Positions 53,688 to 64,000 of a DNA stretch of 64,000 nt are shown here, one piece after another. Position numbers and translations under genes: made by a program. The notes under the pieces are model-generated. The model saw only the letters and a program-made list of their open reading frames with translations. It was not told the DNA's origin and did not search any database. Each line of letters starts with the position of its first letter. Positions within the stretch are counted from its first letter, which is position 1. This DNA is from Bispira polyomma. Its lineage: Eukaryota. The stretch lies in contig OZ287751.1 of the NCBI GenBank assembly GCA_965649765.1, positions 8,866,001 to 8,930,000 of the forward strand. The letters are read 5' to 3'.

Positions 53688-55526
53688 GCCTATTATTTTA
53701 CATAATATGATATTCAGTCAATTGTACATGTGTGTATTATTTGTACATGTTTGTGTAAATTAAATGTTTTCACTAGTAAAATCACTAGAGGATTTGTTAT
53801 TACTATAAATGTCCTGTTTCCATCTATATATATATAGTTAGTCTTCTTTTTTTCTAATGTTTATATACTAATTTGATTTAAACATATTTTATTGAACAAT
53901 TTGTGTCCACTAATTTATGTATATCACTTTATAAACTTATCCAGGTTTAATTGTATATCAGTGTTTTCTTGATAGTTGTTGTCAGGTTTGTGATGTATTA
54001 ACTACACAACTTAGATGTGAATTTACTTTATTAACTTTTAAAAAAAAAACTCACTTTTCTCTAAATGCAATTTGTGTATAGGTAAAAGATTATGCGCATT
54101 TGTATGTGATGTTCGCATTGTCCTGTGATAGTAGCACTTAAGTGTCAGCACTATAATGTCATATTATGCACAATGTATTAAGTGTAAATTTTGGATCTCA
54201 TTTTTGATATTTCATGAATATTTTCCATGATGTCTATAGAAGTGTGTATGGTTTATAACTTTGCTCAGAGTTGTATTTCTGTGAGAGTACTGTTGTTGTT
54301 TTTTTTGTTAATGTTGAAAAAAGTTAATTTAGCATCTCGAATGCACATGTTTTCTTTGTTTTGTTTTGGTATGTTATTGATAATAGAAGTATGGTGAAAA
54401 TGGTAACGTTTCTTTCTACTTTAAATGTTATTATCAATTGTAACATGTTGTATAAAGCATTAGTAATGTAGAGGTCTTACTATCTACGCAGGTTTTTAGT
54501 GCAACTTTTTAATCCTTTCAAATCCAAAAGAAAATATCGCCGGGAAGTGAACAAAAAATTTTCGATAACAGCTCACAGATAGATAGAGTCACTAAAACAC
54601 ACACTACAGACTACTTCCGGAATTTAATAATGACCTCACATATAATCTTGCTCTATGAGCAATTTCATATTGCGAGGAACTAGAGGAAAACAAAATTATA
54701 TTTTTTGTGGTGTCCACCCCTTGCGGACAGACGTAGGTTTTAAGAATAACAAGCAGACAACAAAGTGGTCGAAAAGGGTTAATTTTATGTTCAGTTTTAT
54801 ACAATTACTGTACTCTGTAAGAAGACATTCATAAAGAATAACATGACACTATCTGTTTTAGCTATATATCAGTGCACATCCATCACATTTTATACACACT
54901 CCAAGATATTGAATTGGCTTTTTGATTTACAGGTTTTTTGCAATCTGTGGTGCGTATTTTTTGGGTATATTACAATATTAAATTAAGCTGTTTTACATTA
55001 CCCTGAACAGTAGTTCAGTGGTTTGTTTTTTCAAACCTTTGTACCACAACTTAAAGCTGTCTTTGTTTATTGATAACCCCCTTAAAAAAATCAAGCCTCA
55101 TTTTGAAAAGAATACTGATTTCATCTGCAACTGTAATACTGCAAACTCTACCATCTGGATATTGTAATATATATAGTTTTCCTAAGTGACAAGATGTGAT
55201 AATTCCAGGTGCAAAAATCACTAATACTACATAACCTCATTTACTTCATATTTCTTTTCCCTGCAAATATTGTTCTCTGTATAAATATTGATGTTCTATA
55301 ATATTTCTCTTGTTACACAAATCTTTTGTGTCATATAAGGTCACATTCTTGCCTCCCATTGCTGCAGTTGTGCGCCTGAATGTCGACACTGGCAGGCATG
55401 AGAAAAAAGTTGGCAGTAAACTTGCTGAAGGCTGGTGGTCGACAATAACAGAGATCCTTAACAACTAAAACCCCTCCCCCTGGTCTGTTTATTTAGACTG
55501 CCTTTCATGTTATAATGGACACAATG

Positions 55527-55750
55527 GTGGGGGTTGTGGTGGCCTAGTGGTAATAAGGGTCTGTTTTAAAATCACTAGCCTCTCACCTCTGTGGATTGAA
55601 TCCCACAGATTCCTTCTTCATGTGAGAAAGTTAGTTAGCTACTTGCTGTAGGTCGGTGGTTTACAGTGCTTCAGTACTGGTTTCCCCCACCACTAACGTT
55701 GGCCGTCTCAATATGACCAAAGCTGTTAAAAGCGATTTAAATCCCAAATA
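55527..55750 (+). mobile_element. tRNA-derived SINE, family 1
   Basis: A-box TGGCCTAGTGG, B-box-like GATTGAATCCC, body atgtgagaaagtt...taggtcggtggttt...ggtttcccccacca. Homologous to 38612-38795. Confidence 0.75.
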
Positions 55751-56066
55751 TATTTAAATTACAATAAATTTAAGAATAGGATTACACCAAATCTGTCTAT
55801 AATCGTACTTTTTTACTTATTTTCCAGATTTGTCATTAAATTATTTACAAAAATGCTACCACTAACGGGTAATGTATGAGTTTTATTCTAGTCCGCCTTG
55901 AGTAAAAGTTTGTACAGACTGACAGAATTGTTTGTACTGTAGGACAGTTATATAGATCCCGTCTAAAATAATTAAAAAACAAGTTTGCATATAATTTTCT
56001 CAATGTTACCACTAATGTGCCAACTACGATTTACATAGCTTTTGTGTATGTTTTAATTTATGCTAC

Positions 56067-56072
56067 AATAAA
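56067..56072 (+). terminator. Candidate innexin polyadenylation signal (AATAAA)
   Basis: Lies near the end of a T-rich stretch extending from the stop codon and is followed by GT-rich sequence. An alternative AATAAA lies at ~55763. Confidence 0.4.
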
Positions 56073-56222
56073 ATTGTGTATGATGGCTAGAAAATCTAAA
56101 AGTGTGTTGCTTGAGTCATTATCTTATTCCCTAAAACCACCTTATCTACTGTGCTTAGTATAAATGTAAATACTTTTATAAGGAAAACTTTCTGCATCTC
56201 TGTATTAAATAGCAATTGATCT

Positions 56223-56460
56223 GGTGGTCCCCCATGGCCTACTGGTTAGGGAGTTGGTCTGATGATCAGAAGGTCCTGGGCTCTATTCTCGATACCGGTC
56301 GCTACTTTCATTGGTGGGATGACACCCTTGGGAAAGATGTGTACAGACATGGCTCCGATTACCATGGCTTTTACCACTTAAAATGGCGGTCCTCTGTCAC
56401 TGGGTCCTATCCTCCCAGTGGTAGGCTAAAGATCCTTGGGGACGTTGATGTATGGTCATC
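56223..56460 (+). mobile_element. tRNA-derived SINE, family 2, between the two convergent 3' ends
   Basis: Head tggcctactggttagggagttggtctg...cagaaggtcctggg. Body ccacttaaaatggcggtcctctgtca is shared exactly with ~28480-28505. Confidence 0.72.
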
Positions 56461-57171
56461 CTCAAGCTTCGCTCTTTAGTTAGAGGAATTACAGAAACTA
56501 ATGCAGTTGATTGGTGCAGTCAGGAAAGGGTTAATTATCGCTTCGAATACCAGATGAAGGTAGATATATGCGCTGAGTATAAATGTGATTACAATTACAA
56601 TCTAGAGATGATCCAGAGATGCACTGTATTGAGTGTCTTTATAGTTTCAACATGTTTTGAAACAATTTTGATATAGATTTCTTTATTGACTTCAGGCTGA
56701 TGCAAAAAGTATTATATCATCACTACAGGTTATAAGTTATACATCATGAATTATTTCCGCTAAAAAAATTTCACCAGCCTATTTCTTTTTAAATTATTAT
56801 TGCGACATAATAAACCTGGCTAATTTCAATTAAAACTAGTTTTTACATACAAATAAATTATTACTAGGCTTTGTTTTAAAAACTTCTCTCACATATCCAA
56901 TTATTAAATTTCAGTACTTTCTCTATCCAATACAATGTGTTACCATAGTATGTTTTGTCATCAGAATAATATATCAGGATAAAGTTCCTGGGATCTAGTC
57001 TGCTTTGGCAATAGATTTTACAAAAACCCATCTTTATCTGTGTAGACTTTTTCAGTGCAATGCATTTCTTACACAAGAGAATCTTGAGAGAATATATTAC
57101 AAGTGTTTACCACAAATAAAAAATTGAGGAAAACACAACACACAATACACAAAAATATGGCAGAAATATAA

Positions 57172-57177
57172 TTTATT
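57172..57177 (-). terminator. Candidate polyadenylation signal of the CUB-LDLa-TM gene
   Basis: TTTATT on +, followed on - by GT-rich sequence (tttttgtgtattgtgtgttgtgtttt). An alternative lies at 56682-56687. Confidence 0.4.
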
Positions 57178-57773
57178 CACAAAATATTAACAAAAGGCTT
57201 TGAGGAATACAAACTATCACAGAGAAAAAGATCTGATTTGGCCAGCAAGTCAGCTTACTCAAGACAATTAGTCATATATATACAATGGTCAAATGCATAC
57301 AAACATATTTTGCCATTTGTTTCTACAAAATAAACATTTAATCTGAATATCAGTAAATTAACCAGTTTAGAAGCATGATGCTGAAGATATGTAAACGCTA
57401 TTTGTAAATCACAAAAAAGTATATGAATGAGTATTTTTGAAATTGATTATTTCTCGACCCATCAATAGAATTGCTTTTCCAAAGCCAAAATTATTTACAA
57501 AATGTACTCACTGTTAATATTTTATATTTTTATTCCAATAATATAAACTACAAAATGTAACAGTGTATTTTGCTGGTATATTTATTTAATTCTGACACAA
57601 CATTTGTTTTTTCCATTGAAATGTAAAGTGTCTTATAAAATATCTGATATAGCCGATTGCTAATTAGCAAGAAATTTTAAACCTTTCTAATGGACTAAAT
57701 AAAGGTTAAAATTTGTAAACACCAAAAAATATTATATACACAAATATCATAAAACTCCATAAAAATGGTATAA

Positions 57774-58047
57774 GGGCTGATATTCACAACGATTCTTAGG
57801 CTGGGCTTCCTTCAAAATAGGACAGTCCTCTATTTTTGCTCTCTGACAGATAAAATATGTTGGCCCAACAGACGTCTACCGACGTCTGATCCGATCTGTT
57901 GCAAATATGATAAAAGGAAGCACTTGGTAGTATTGTGTAATGAGCCAAAAAAATCGGCAGAGATAAACATGCTGAAAGGAAGAATCTCTTTGGCTGAAAC
58001 TAAAATAATTCTCAGAATTGCATCCTAAGAATGTTTGTAAGTACGGC
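57774..58047. mobile_element. Degenerate Harbinger-like MITE in the putative 3' UTR of the minus-strand gene
   Basis: Imperfect TIRs gggctgatattcacaacgattcttagg / cctaagaatgtttgtaagtacggc. Confidence 0.5.
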
Positions 58048-58570
58048 GGCTACAAATCGAGTCTGAGAAACTTAGTATCTCCCACTCATTGATGGGGAAT
58101 GACAGAGTCTATCTGAGGCATTAAAGACAATTATAAAGACCGAAAGTGCGCATAGAACACAAAACCCATCAGTGCGCAAATAATAGCCATACTTTATCTG
58201 GGAGAATAAAGTATGAATAAATAGTTCCGTCAGGAAGTATAAAAATAGTTCACAGTAAGTTGGAAAATATCTTGTTATTTGCTTTAAAATAAACTATTGT
58301 CAGTCTTTATAATAGAAATAAAGTCCTCGAGTACTTTATTTGGGATTAGAGGACGGCCTTCCGGCATAATGGCATTATTTCGCCGGTAAAACCGTTGTTT
58401 AAACTCCAATAAAGTACGCACTCACAGACTTTACTTCTACAATAGTTCCACTATCACAGAATTTACTTTTAACAAACAAAGAACATTGATAAATCCTTAA
58501 AAGTTTCCCAACATTGCATTTCATGTCCTTCAAACACCACCTTTCTTCACCACTTCTTCTGAGGCATCTT

Positions 58571-58721
58571 CTACTTCTCATCCAGATACCTGGTCAGCTC
58601 GTCAGCCTTTATTGTCTGTTTGTAGTATGTCTTCTCTTGGCTGAAGTACTCGGACACCTGTGGATCTCTTCGTCCTTTCTTACCAATCTCATGGATTTGG
58701 TACTTGTCTGTCTTTGGATAG
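58571..58721 (-). CDS. CUB-LDLa-TM protein: probable last coding exon (cytoplasmic tail)
   Basis: Acceptor ttgcttttAG|C completes the phase-2 codon (AGC). Reads YPKTDKYQIHEIGKKGRRDPQVSEYFSQEKTYYKQTIKADELTRYLDEK* with coding-like composition; 151 nt. Confidence 0.75.
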
Positions 58722-59538
58722 CTAAAAGCAATTTGAAACTGTGCCGATGTAATGGCATGTATAAATACATGGTTACCGAAAAGAGTAGACACAGCCCCTA
58801 AGGGGTGTGACAAAATTTGAATGTATTTGTATTTGTATACATAATTGGTAGGCTGAAACATAATGTATAGGTAATGTTGGTTCCTAATTTTCAGAGGCAT
58901 TTAAAAAATGGTCTTTCCATTGTAGTTGTCATGGTTACAAAAAAGGCTGAAAGGACATTAAATAAAACAAAGTTTATAACTGTGTAAACCTAAGTTACAA
59001 AAATTAATTACTAATATATTTCACTGCAACTCATTTAAACTAATTATCAGTCAGTTAGCTCTAGTTAGGGGAATGGTCATTACTCGTTGGCTTATGAACC
59101 TTAAAAATTTTGTTTGAACTAAAACAAGCTCAACAAGAACAGTGGAGACATTTATTCCAAGAACCTCACGCATATTTATTCAGAGCATGCCTCAAATGAT
59201 GGCAGGTATTGTGCAAGGTAGATGCGGTTGTACCAAATACAGAACAGATTTACAGATGCTTAGGGATGGCCATTTATCAATGTCCCGAAAGTTCATGCCA
59301 CTGGAGATGGGCCACTGGGGATGGGTCCCACTGATAGAGGACCGCCATCCAAGGGCTCAAACCCAGGTTATCTGTGTTCCTAAGCGAGTGTGTTACTCTC
59401 TAGGCCACAGGGACATATGGAGTATAATTCATTTTAGATAAGTTTGAATGCAATACAATACAAATAAAGTATGGCTTTTTACCAAGCGAATTGTCAGTTC
59501 TGCTCTACACTCTGACCATACCCTATTTGTATACTAAC

Positions 59539-59731
59539 CTGTAGAGATCCCCATCATGTATGTCCAGACTGGAGCTGGTCTGGTTCCTCTGCAGCCAGTA
59601 CTTCCAGTAGTAGTAGGTGTAGACTCTCCAGATGACAATGGCCAGGATGATTAGCAGGATGAGTCCGGCCACAGAACAGCCAATGATCAGATCCAGGGGA
59701 AGCCCGCCTGTAGAGTCTTCATTGTCTGCCT
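59539..59731 (-). CDS. CUB-LDLa-TM protein: transmembrane exon
   Basis: EADNEDSTGGLPLDLIIGCSVAGLILLIILAIVIWRVYTYYYWKYWLQRNQTSSSLDIHDGDLY contains a single ~23-aa hydrophobic helix. Acceptor ctttaaCAG (phase 1), donor AG|GTTAGT (phase 2). Confidence 0.88.
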
Positions 59732-60004
59732 CTGTTAAAGTATGGCAGAACCTCAATTATCCAAACCTGTCTTATCCGAATATTCAATTTGATGAACACA
59801 TTTGCACTCTGATAGAATTATGTTTTCCTATGTTGCTATGCTAAAATGCATCTTCTATTTATGGACCTTCCATTATTTGAACAAAAAATTGCTCTCCCAA
59901 TTGGGCATTCACACAAATGTCACTCCATACCCCCAAAATTACATAGACTTTCTATTCATTAGATAATCTTGTTTTAATTTTATCCTTATCACCACTTTTT
60001 AAAC

Positions 60005-60146
60005 CACTTTCTAGAGTTTTTCTGCATAGCTGCCCCTATATTATGGAATAGCCTCCCAACTGAACATAGATCACTAGAAACAATTCTCAGATTTAGGAGA
60101 AAAGTTAAAACATATCTCTTCAAACTCACCTACACCTACACCTACA
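60005..60146 (+). mobile_element. L2/CR1-clade LINE ORF2 3' remnant with short-repeat tail
   Basis: Translates AAPILWNSLPTEHRSLETILRFRRKVKTYLFKLTY, followed by (CACCTA)3. Confidence 0.78.
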
Positions 60147-60154
60147 ATTTGAAT

Positions 60155-60340
60155 TTGGATATTTAACGTCCACTCTAGTACCTTTTAGTAGGTTATATTG
60201 GGACGGGTAGTTGGAAACGCTGGAGGAAACACTGCATACAGTCGGTCAAGGTTCTGCACTGAAACCAGCGGCTCACAGTAAGGAACTACCACCTTTCCCA
60301 CATAGGCATCGACGGGATTCAAACTCTCAGAGGTGAGAAT
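60155..60340 (-). mobile_element. SINE related to family 1 (5'-truncated)
   Basis: Minus strand reads ctcacctctgagagtttgaatccc...atgtgggaaagg...gtttcctccagc...aatataacc...gttaaatatccaaat. Confidence 0.55.
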
Positions 60341-62040
60341 TAAGTACCACAAAGTCTGACAGATAGATTATATGAGGGTATCTATGTTGTCATATAATAG
60401 CACACACAGTCACACACACACACACACACAGGTGTGTGATACATGAGGACATATATGTTATAAAGTATGAGGACATCTACATTGAGACATGCATGACAAC
60501 ATATACTGTCCCTGGGCTAGTGGTTAGGGAGTTGGTCTGGTGCTCAGCAAGTTCCCAGTTCGACTTATGGCAATACCATCATGGTAATTAGGAGATAACA
60601 TACTTTAGCAAAGAACCTGGAAAGGTGTGATCCTGTCCTTGTCTACTAATGACGGCCAGTTGCCAGTTGGCTATGTATTAGGATTATGATCGACAGTCTA
60701 TCAATTATATTGTCACGCTTTAGAAGATGCCCTCCTCAACAAGGTGCTTTGAAGATTCCCAATACAACATACTGACTGTTGTATTGTTTCAAATATATAC
60801 TCTGTTTATTTGTCTACCCTATATTTGTTCTTTGCCATTCAAATCACTAATTAGCCTTTCCTGAGCTGCTCAAATACAGCCAACCATGGTAGTAAGTGAC
60901 ATAATCCAAAATAAAGAGAAAGGCTAGGACAACCACTTTCAACGTCCACAAAGATCTTCAGCCTGTCACTGGAGATAGAACCCAATGACTGAGGTCTGTC
61001 ATTTTATGTGGTCATCCGGGCCACTATTTTTCTAATATTAATTTTTTTGTACTAGGTACATCAAAGTGTACAAACAAAAAGTTAAACTACTACTTACAAA
61101 ACATATAAGTAAAGAATTTACAAAAAGAGGGTAAAAAGGAGTAAAACAAAGTTTTACATATATATTACGGTTACTGCTTCTTTCTAACAAATTCAGTGCA
61201 CAGGGATTTTGACTATGATCCAACTTCCACAACAAATGCATTAAGTATTTTAAATATCTGACAATCAACAGGCAGGCAAGTTATTATCTAACAAAGGTAT
61301 GGATTTTGAGTGAGTCTGGTATGGCACTCTTGATGACTTTCTGAGATATATACGTCATGTAATGTATAAAAATATACAGTTTCACTGCTACCAAGATCCC
61401 AAAACGATCTACCTGCCTTACCTGGTTAACCCGACCTAAGATCAAAGTACTGTGTAAGTGATTGTTACTCACTGAGATACAGTGATAGATGTATGAGTGC
61501 ATGTGAGTCATGCATTAGGACATTTATGTTTCATGTATGGGCACCCACATAAAGTCATATATGAGGATATATATATTTAATGCATGAGCACACACATAAA
61601 TTCATATATGAGGACATATGTGTTTTTTGATATGTGACTGCAGAAACATAACCCTTACTTTGTAGATAAAGTATACTTAGAAGTCAAGTAAACCAATATG
61701 CTGACTAAGATAATAAAATATTTTATTTTAGCAAAGATTGTGAGTAGGAAAAATGGAAATTTATTAAAAACATTACAACAGATATTTAGAAATGCATTTT
61801 CCATTAAAATTAACTTTAAAAACTAGATTGAACCTTTAAAAGACTATGGTTGAATCCAAGTGAAATTTAAGTAAGCCGAGTTTTAAGAGTAACAAATTTC
61901 TTGTTAAGTGAAAAAAATCACACACCAAAGTAAGTGAGAAAAGAATAACTTGTTCGAAAATCACACCCCTGGCCTAAATAAGACGCTCTAGCTATCATCA
62001 ATACAATCTAGCTATCCTCAATACAATCTAGTATACTGAC

Positions 62041-62157
62041 CATCACAAGTGGCTTCATCAGACCCATCCCCACATTGGTTCTCGTCATCACACTGTAGGG
62101 AGGCATCTATACACAGCTCCCCATGACTGCAGGTAAACTCGTCCGAAGAACAAGGGG
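62041..62157 (-). CDS. CUB-LDLa-TM protein: LDL-receptor class A repeat exon
   Basis: [38 protein letters not shown] has six Cys and the acidic C.DGSDE motif. Acceptor tttgtttCAG, donor G|GTCAGT. A 117-nt phase 1-1 exon. Confidence 0.93.
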
Positions 62158-62413
62158 CTGAAACAAATATCGCAGAATATTTTTGGCTATTCAATTTTGG
62201 CTCATCATAAAACATTTTTACATATTTATTTGTTCAGAAAAATCAAACAATCATAGAAATAGGCCACAACATCTATACCAGGTCATGTTCAAACATCTTG
62301 CCTAGTAAGGCTGGCTTTCTAGTGATGTGGGTAACGTGTCTCCCTCTGTGTAAAAACAAACCAGCTAAACTATCTGGACCATTTCAAACACCTCCAGTTG
62401 GATTTGTACTTAC

Positions 62414-62636
62414 GTGGTGAGTATGCCACATAGACCACCTCAAACCCTCTATATACTGCACTGCTGTCTGAGTAGAAGTGGAAAGTGATCTGGTTCCCAG
62501 AAGATGTGATGTTGAACTCTCCATGGATGGTACCGCAGGTCTCAGCAAACAGCACCGGAGAGTTTGTGTTTGGACCATCGTGTAAAGTCAGAGCATCCAC
62601 ACATACGCCATCTACAGGCGCCTCTATGGAAAACCT
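62414..62636 (-). CDS. CUB-LDLa-TM protein: exon encoding the C-terminal part of a CUB domain
   Basis: RFSIEAPVDGVCVDALTLHDGPNTNSPVLFAETCGTIHGEFNITSSGNQITFHFYSDSSAVYRGFEVVYVAYSP matches the CUB consensus (C.D.L..DG, CG, SSGN..F.SD....GF...Y). Acceptor ctctactttCAG; donor C|GTAAGT, phase 1. The exact acceptor used is ambiguous because of tandem copies (see findings). Confidence 0.9.
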
Positions 62637-62935
62637 CTGAAAGTAGAGTTCAAACATTACACAACAGACACCATCTACATGTGCTTCTATGGAAAACTTC
62701 TGAAAGTAGAGATCAAACGTTACAGAACAAACTCCATTTACAGGTGCCTCTATGGAAAACTTCTGAAAGTTGAGTTCAAACGTAGTGAACAGACACTATG
62801 TACAGGTGCCACAATGGAAAACCTCTGAAAGAAGAGGTCAAACGTACATAACAGTGGCTATCTACAGACGCCTCTATGGAAAACCTCTGAAAGCAGAGTT
62901 CAAACGTAGTGAACAGACACTACATACAGGCGTTT
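62601..62935 (-). repeat. 62-63-bp tandem array (5 copies plus a partial) spanning the CUB exon acceptor
   Basis: Unit on +: ccatctacaggcgcctctatggaaaacctctgaaagtagagttcaaac.... On - each unit contains tttCAG|A(G/A)GTTTTCCAT; candidate exon starts are 62636, 62699, 62762, 62824 and 62886. Confidence 0.93.
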
Positions 62936-63129
62936 ATTGGAATATTGCTGTTACAATTGCTTGTAATAAAATAATTGTAACACTTAAACATTATTTAAGT
63001 AGTTTATTGTTCCTGTCTCTGTTTTTTATCTTTTTGTCTCTGTTTTTTTTCCACGTATTCATGTAGCTATGTTATTAGACAGTGTTTATACAATATAAAT
63101 TGTATGTACCTATAGTACGAATAAAAGAT

Positions 63130-63217
63130 ATACAACCATTTTAAGGAACTTTGATATCATACAACCATTTTAAGTGTCGTTTATATCCCACAACCATTTT
63201 CAGGAACTATGAAATAC
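63130..63217. repeat. ~29-bp tandem repeat x3 (a separate 31-bp duplication lies at 63586-63647)
   Basis: acaaccatttt(a/c)ag recurs three times; acacaagttct(a/g)agcagtttaagccccattt occurs twice. Confidence 0.8.
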
Positions 63218-64000
63218 CTTCATTTCCAGTCAATTAGGAAAGTACCTGTACTTAAAGCCATATCATAAAGGAAATGTGTCAGTGGAAAAATACATAAAAA
63301 ATCTTTGGTTTGACATTTTGTCAGGTATTTTATAAATTATACTTAATTCACAGTAAAATGTAGAAAGGTAAACTTATCTTTAATGTGCCATTCACAATGT
63401 CCTGTTTATACCGGATTACTTCCGATCATCAGAACTTGGCTGGTCGGGAGAGAATGGCGGGAAAATGTTCATTTGCAATTACATATTTTTACATCCCCCG
63501 TTTATGCTCAGGATATGCCCAGTTTTGACCAATTTATAACGTTTTATTCAGATTACACCAAATTACTCCAGTTCTGGCCGGATCACACAAGTTCTAAGCA
63601 GTTTAAGCCCCATTTACACAAGTTCTGAGCAGTTTAAGCCCCATTTATGCCCCGACCACAGCCTTTTTTCCAGTTATCTTAAGATGTGCTTTCAGAGCTG
63701 ACCACACACAGAAGTTTTGAACATGATCAAAATTTCCGGCTCTGCCTCCTATTCTTGCCGTTTATGCCCAGTTTATGCTCAGATGTTAGATGTTTAATCC
63801 AATTCACACATGTTTTCAGAATGGAGCTCGAACGGTCCAGAAAACGTGGCAGGTGTGATTGCTACATAATATATGTATAGATCAATCTGTCATTGGACTG
63901 TATGACCACTGGCAGGCTAAAAGAAGCTTGAAGATACCTGCACTGGTGCTGTTTCCGTATTTTTCAAAATTCTCAGAAGCTCTACTTTGGGGCCTCCCTG

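Noticed and set aside
55527-56300. tRNA genes at A/B-box motifs
   Set aside because: No complete cloverleaf. The heads continue into shared SINE bodies present in several diverged copies.
58722-58900. N-terminal part of ORF 58571-58900 and the alternative acceptor ccccttAG near 58798
   Set aside because: The upstream part looks intronic. The 58798 acceptor would give only RGCVYSFR*, whereas 58721 gives a longer coding-like in-phase tail.
61987-62031. 20-bp tandem duplication next to the LDLa exon donor as a 'donor echo'
   Set aside because: Entirely intronic; it includes neither the GT nor exon sequence, so it was not counted among the splice-site echoes.
63935-64000. Open minus-strand frame ending CAG|GTATCT as a possible upstream exon of the CUB gene
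   Set aside because: The translation (QGGPKVELLRILKNTETAPVQ) does not resemble the N-terminal half of a CUB domain, and the donor is weak.

Overview
AT-rich, intron-rich animal genomic DNA, probably a mollusc-like lophotrochozoan (inferred from the innexin type and repeat families). There is one 128-N assembly gap. Two convergent protein-coding genes can be reconstructed by hand. (1) A complete three-exon innexin on + (16295-16488, 51808-52007, 52822-53687; 419 aa) with a 35.3-kb first intron. (2) The 3' four exons of a CUB-LDLa-transmembrane type I membrane protein (NETO/SOL-2-like architecture) on - (62636-62414, 62157-62041, 59731-59539, 58721-58571); its 5' part appears to lie beyond the window. 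The rest is intronic or intergenic: tRNA-derived SINEs, MITEs, L2/CR1 LINE 3' remnants, minisatellites and local duplications. Most short ORFs in the track are spurious. The most striking pattern is that 3 of the 6 coding 3' splice sites are preceded by tandem 'echo' copies of the acceptor plus the start of their own exon. Most copies retain the CAG. They would give either premature stops (innexin) or in-frame +21/+42-aa insertions (CUB exon). Other notable points: N-glycosylation sequons in both innexin extracellular loops, a YYQW->YYRW change, a Harbinger-type MITE whose empty site is preserved in a paralogous copy, and two triplicated non-coding modules in innexin intron 1.
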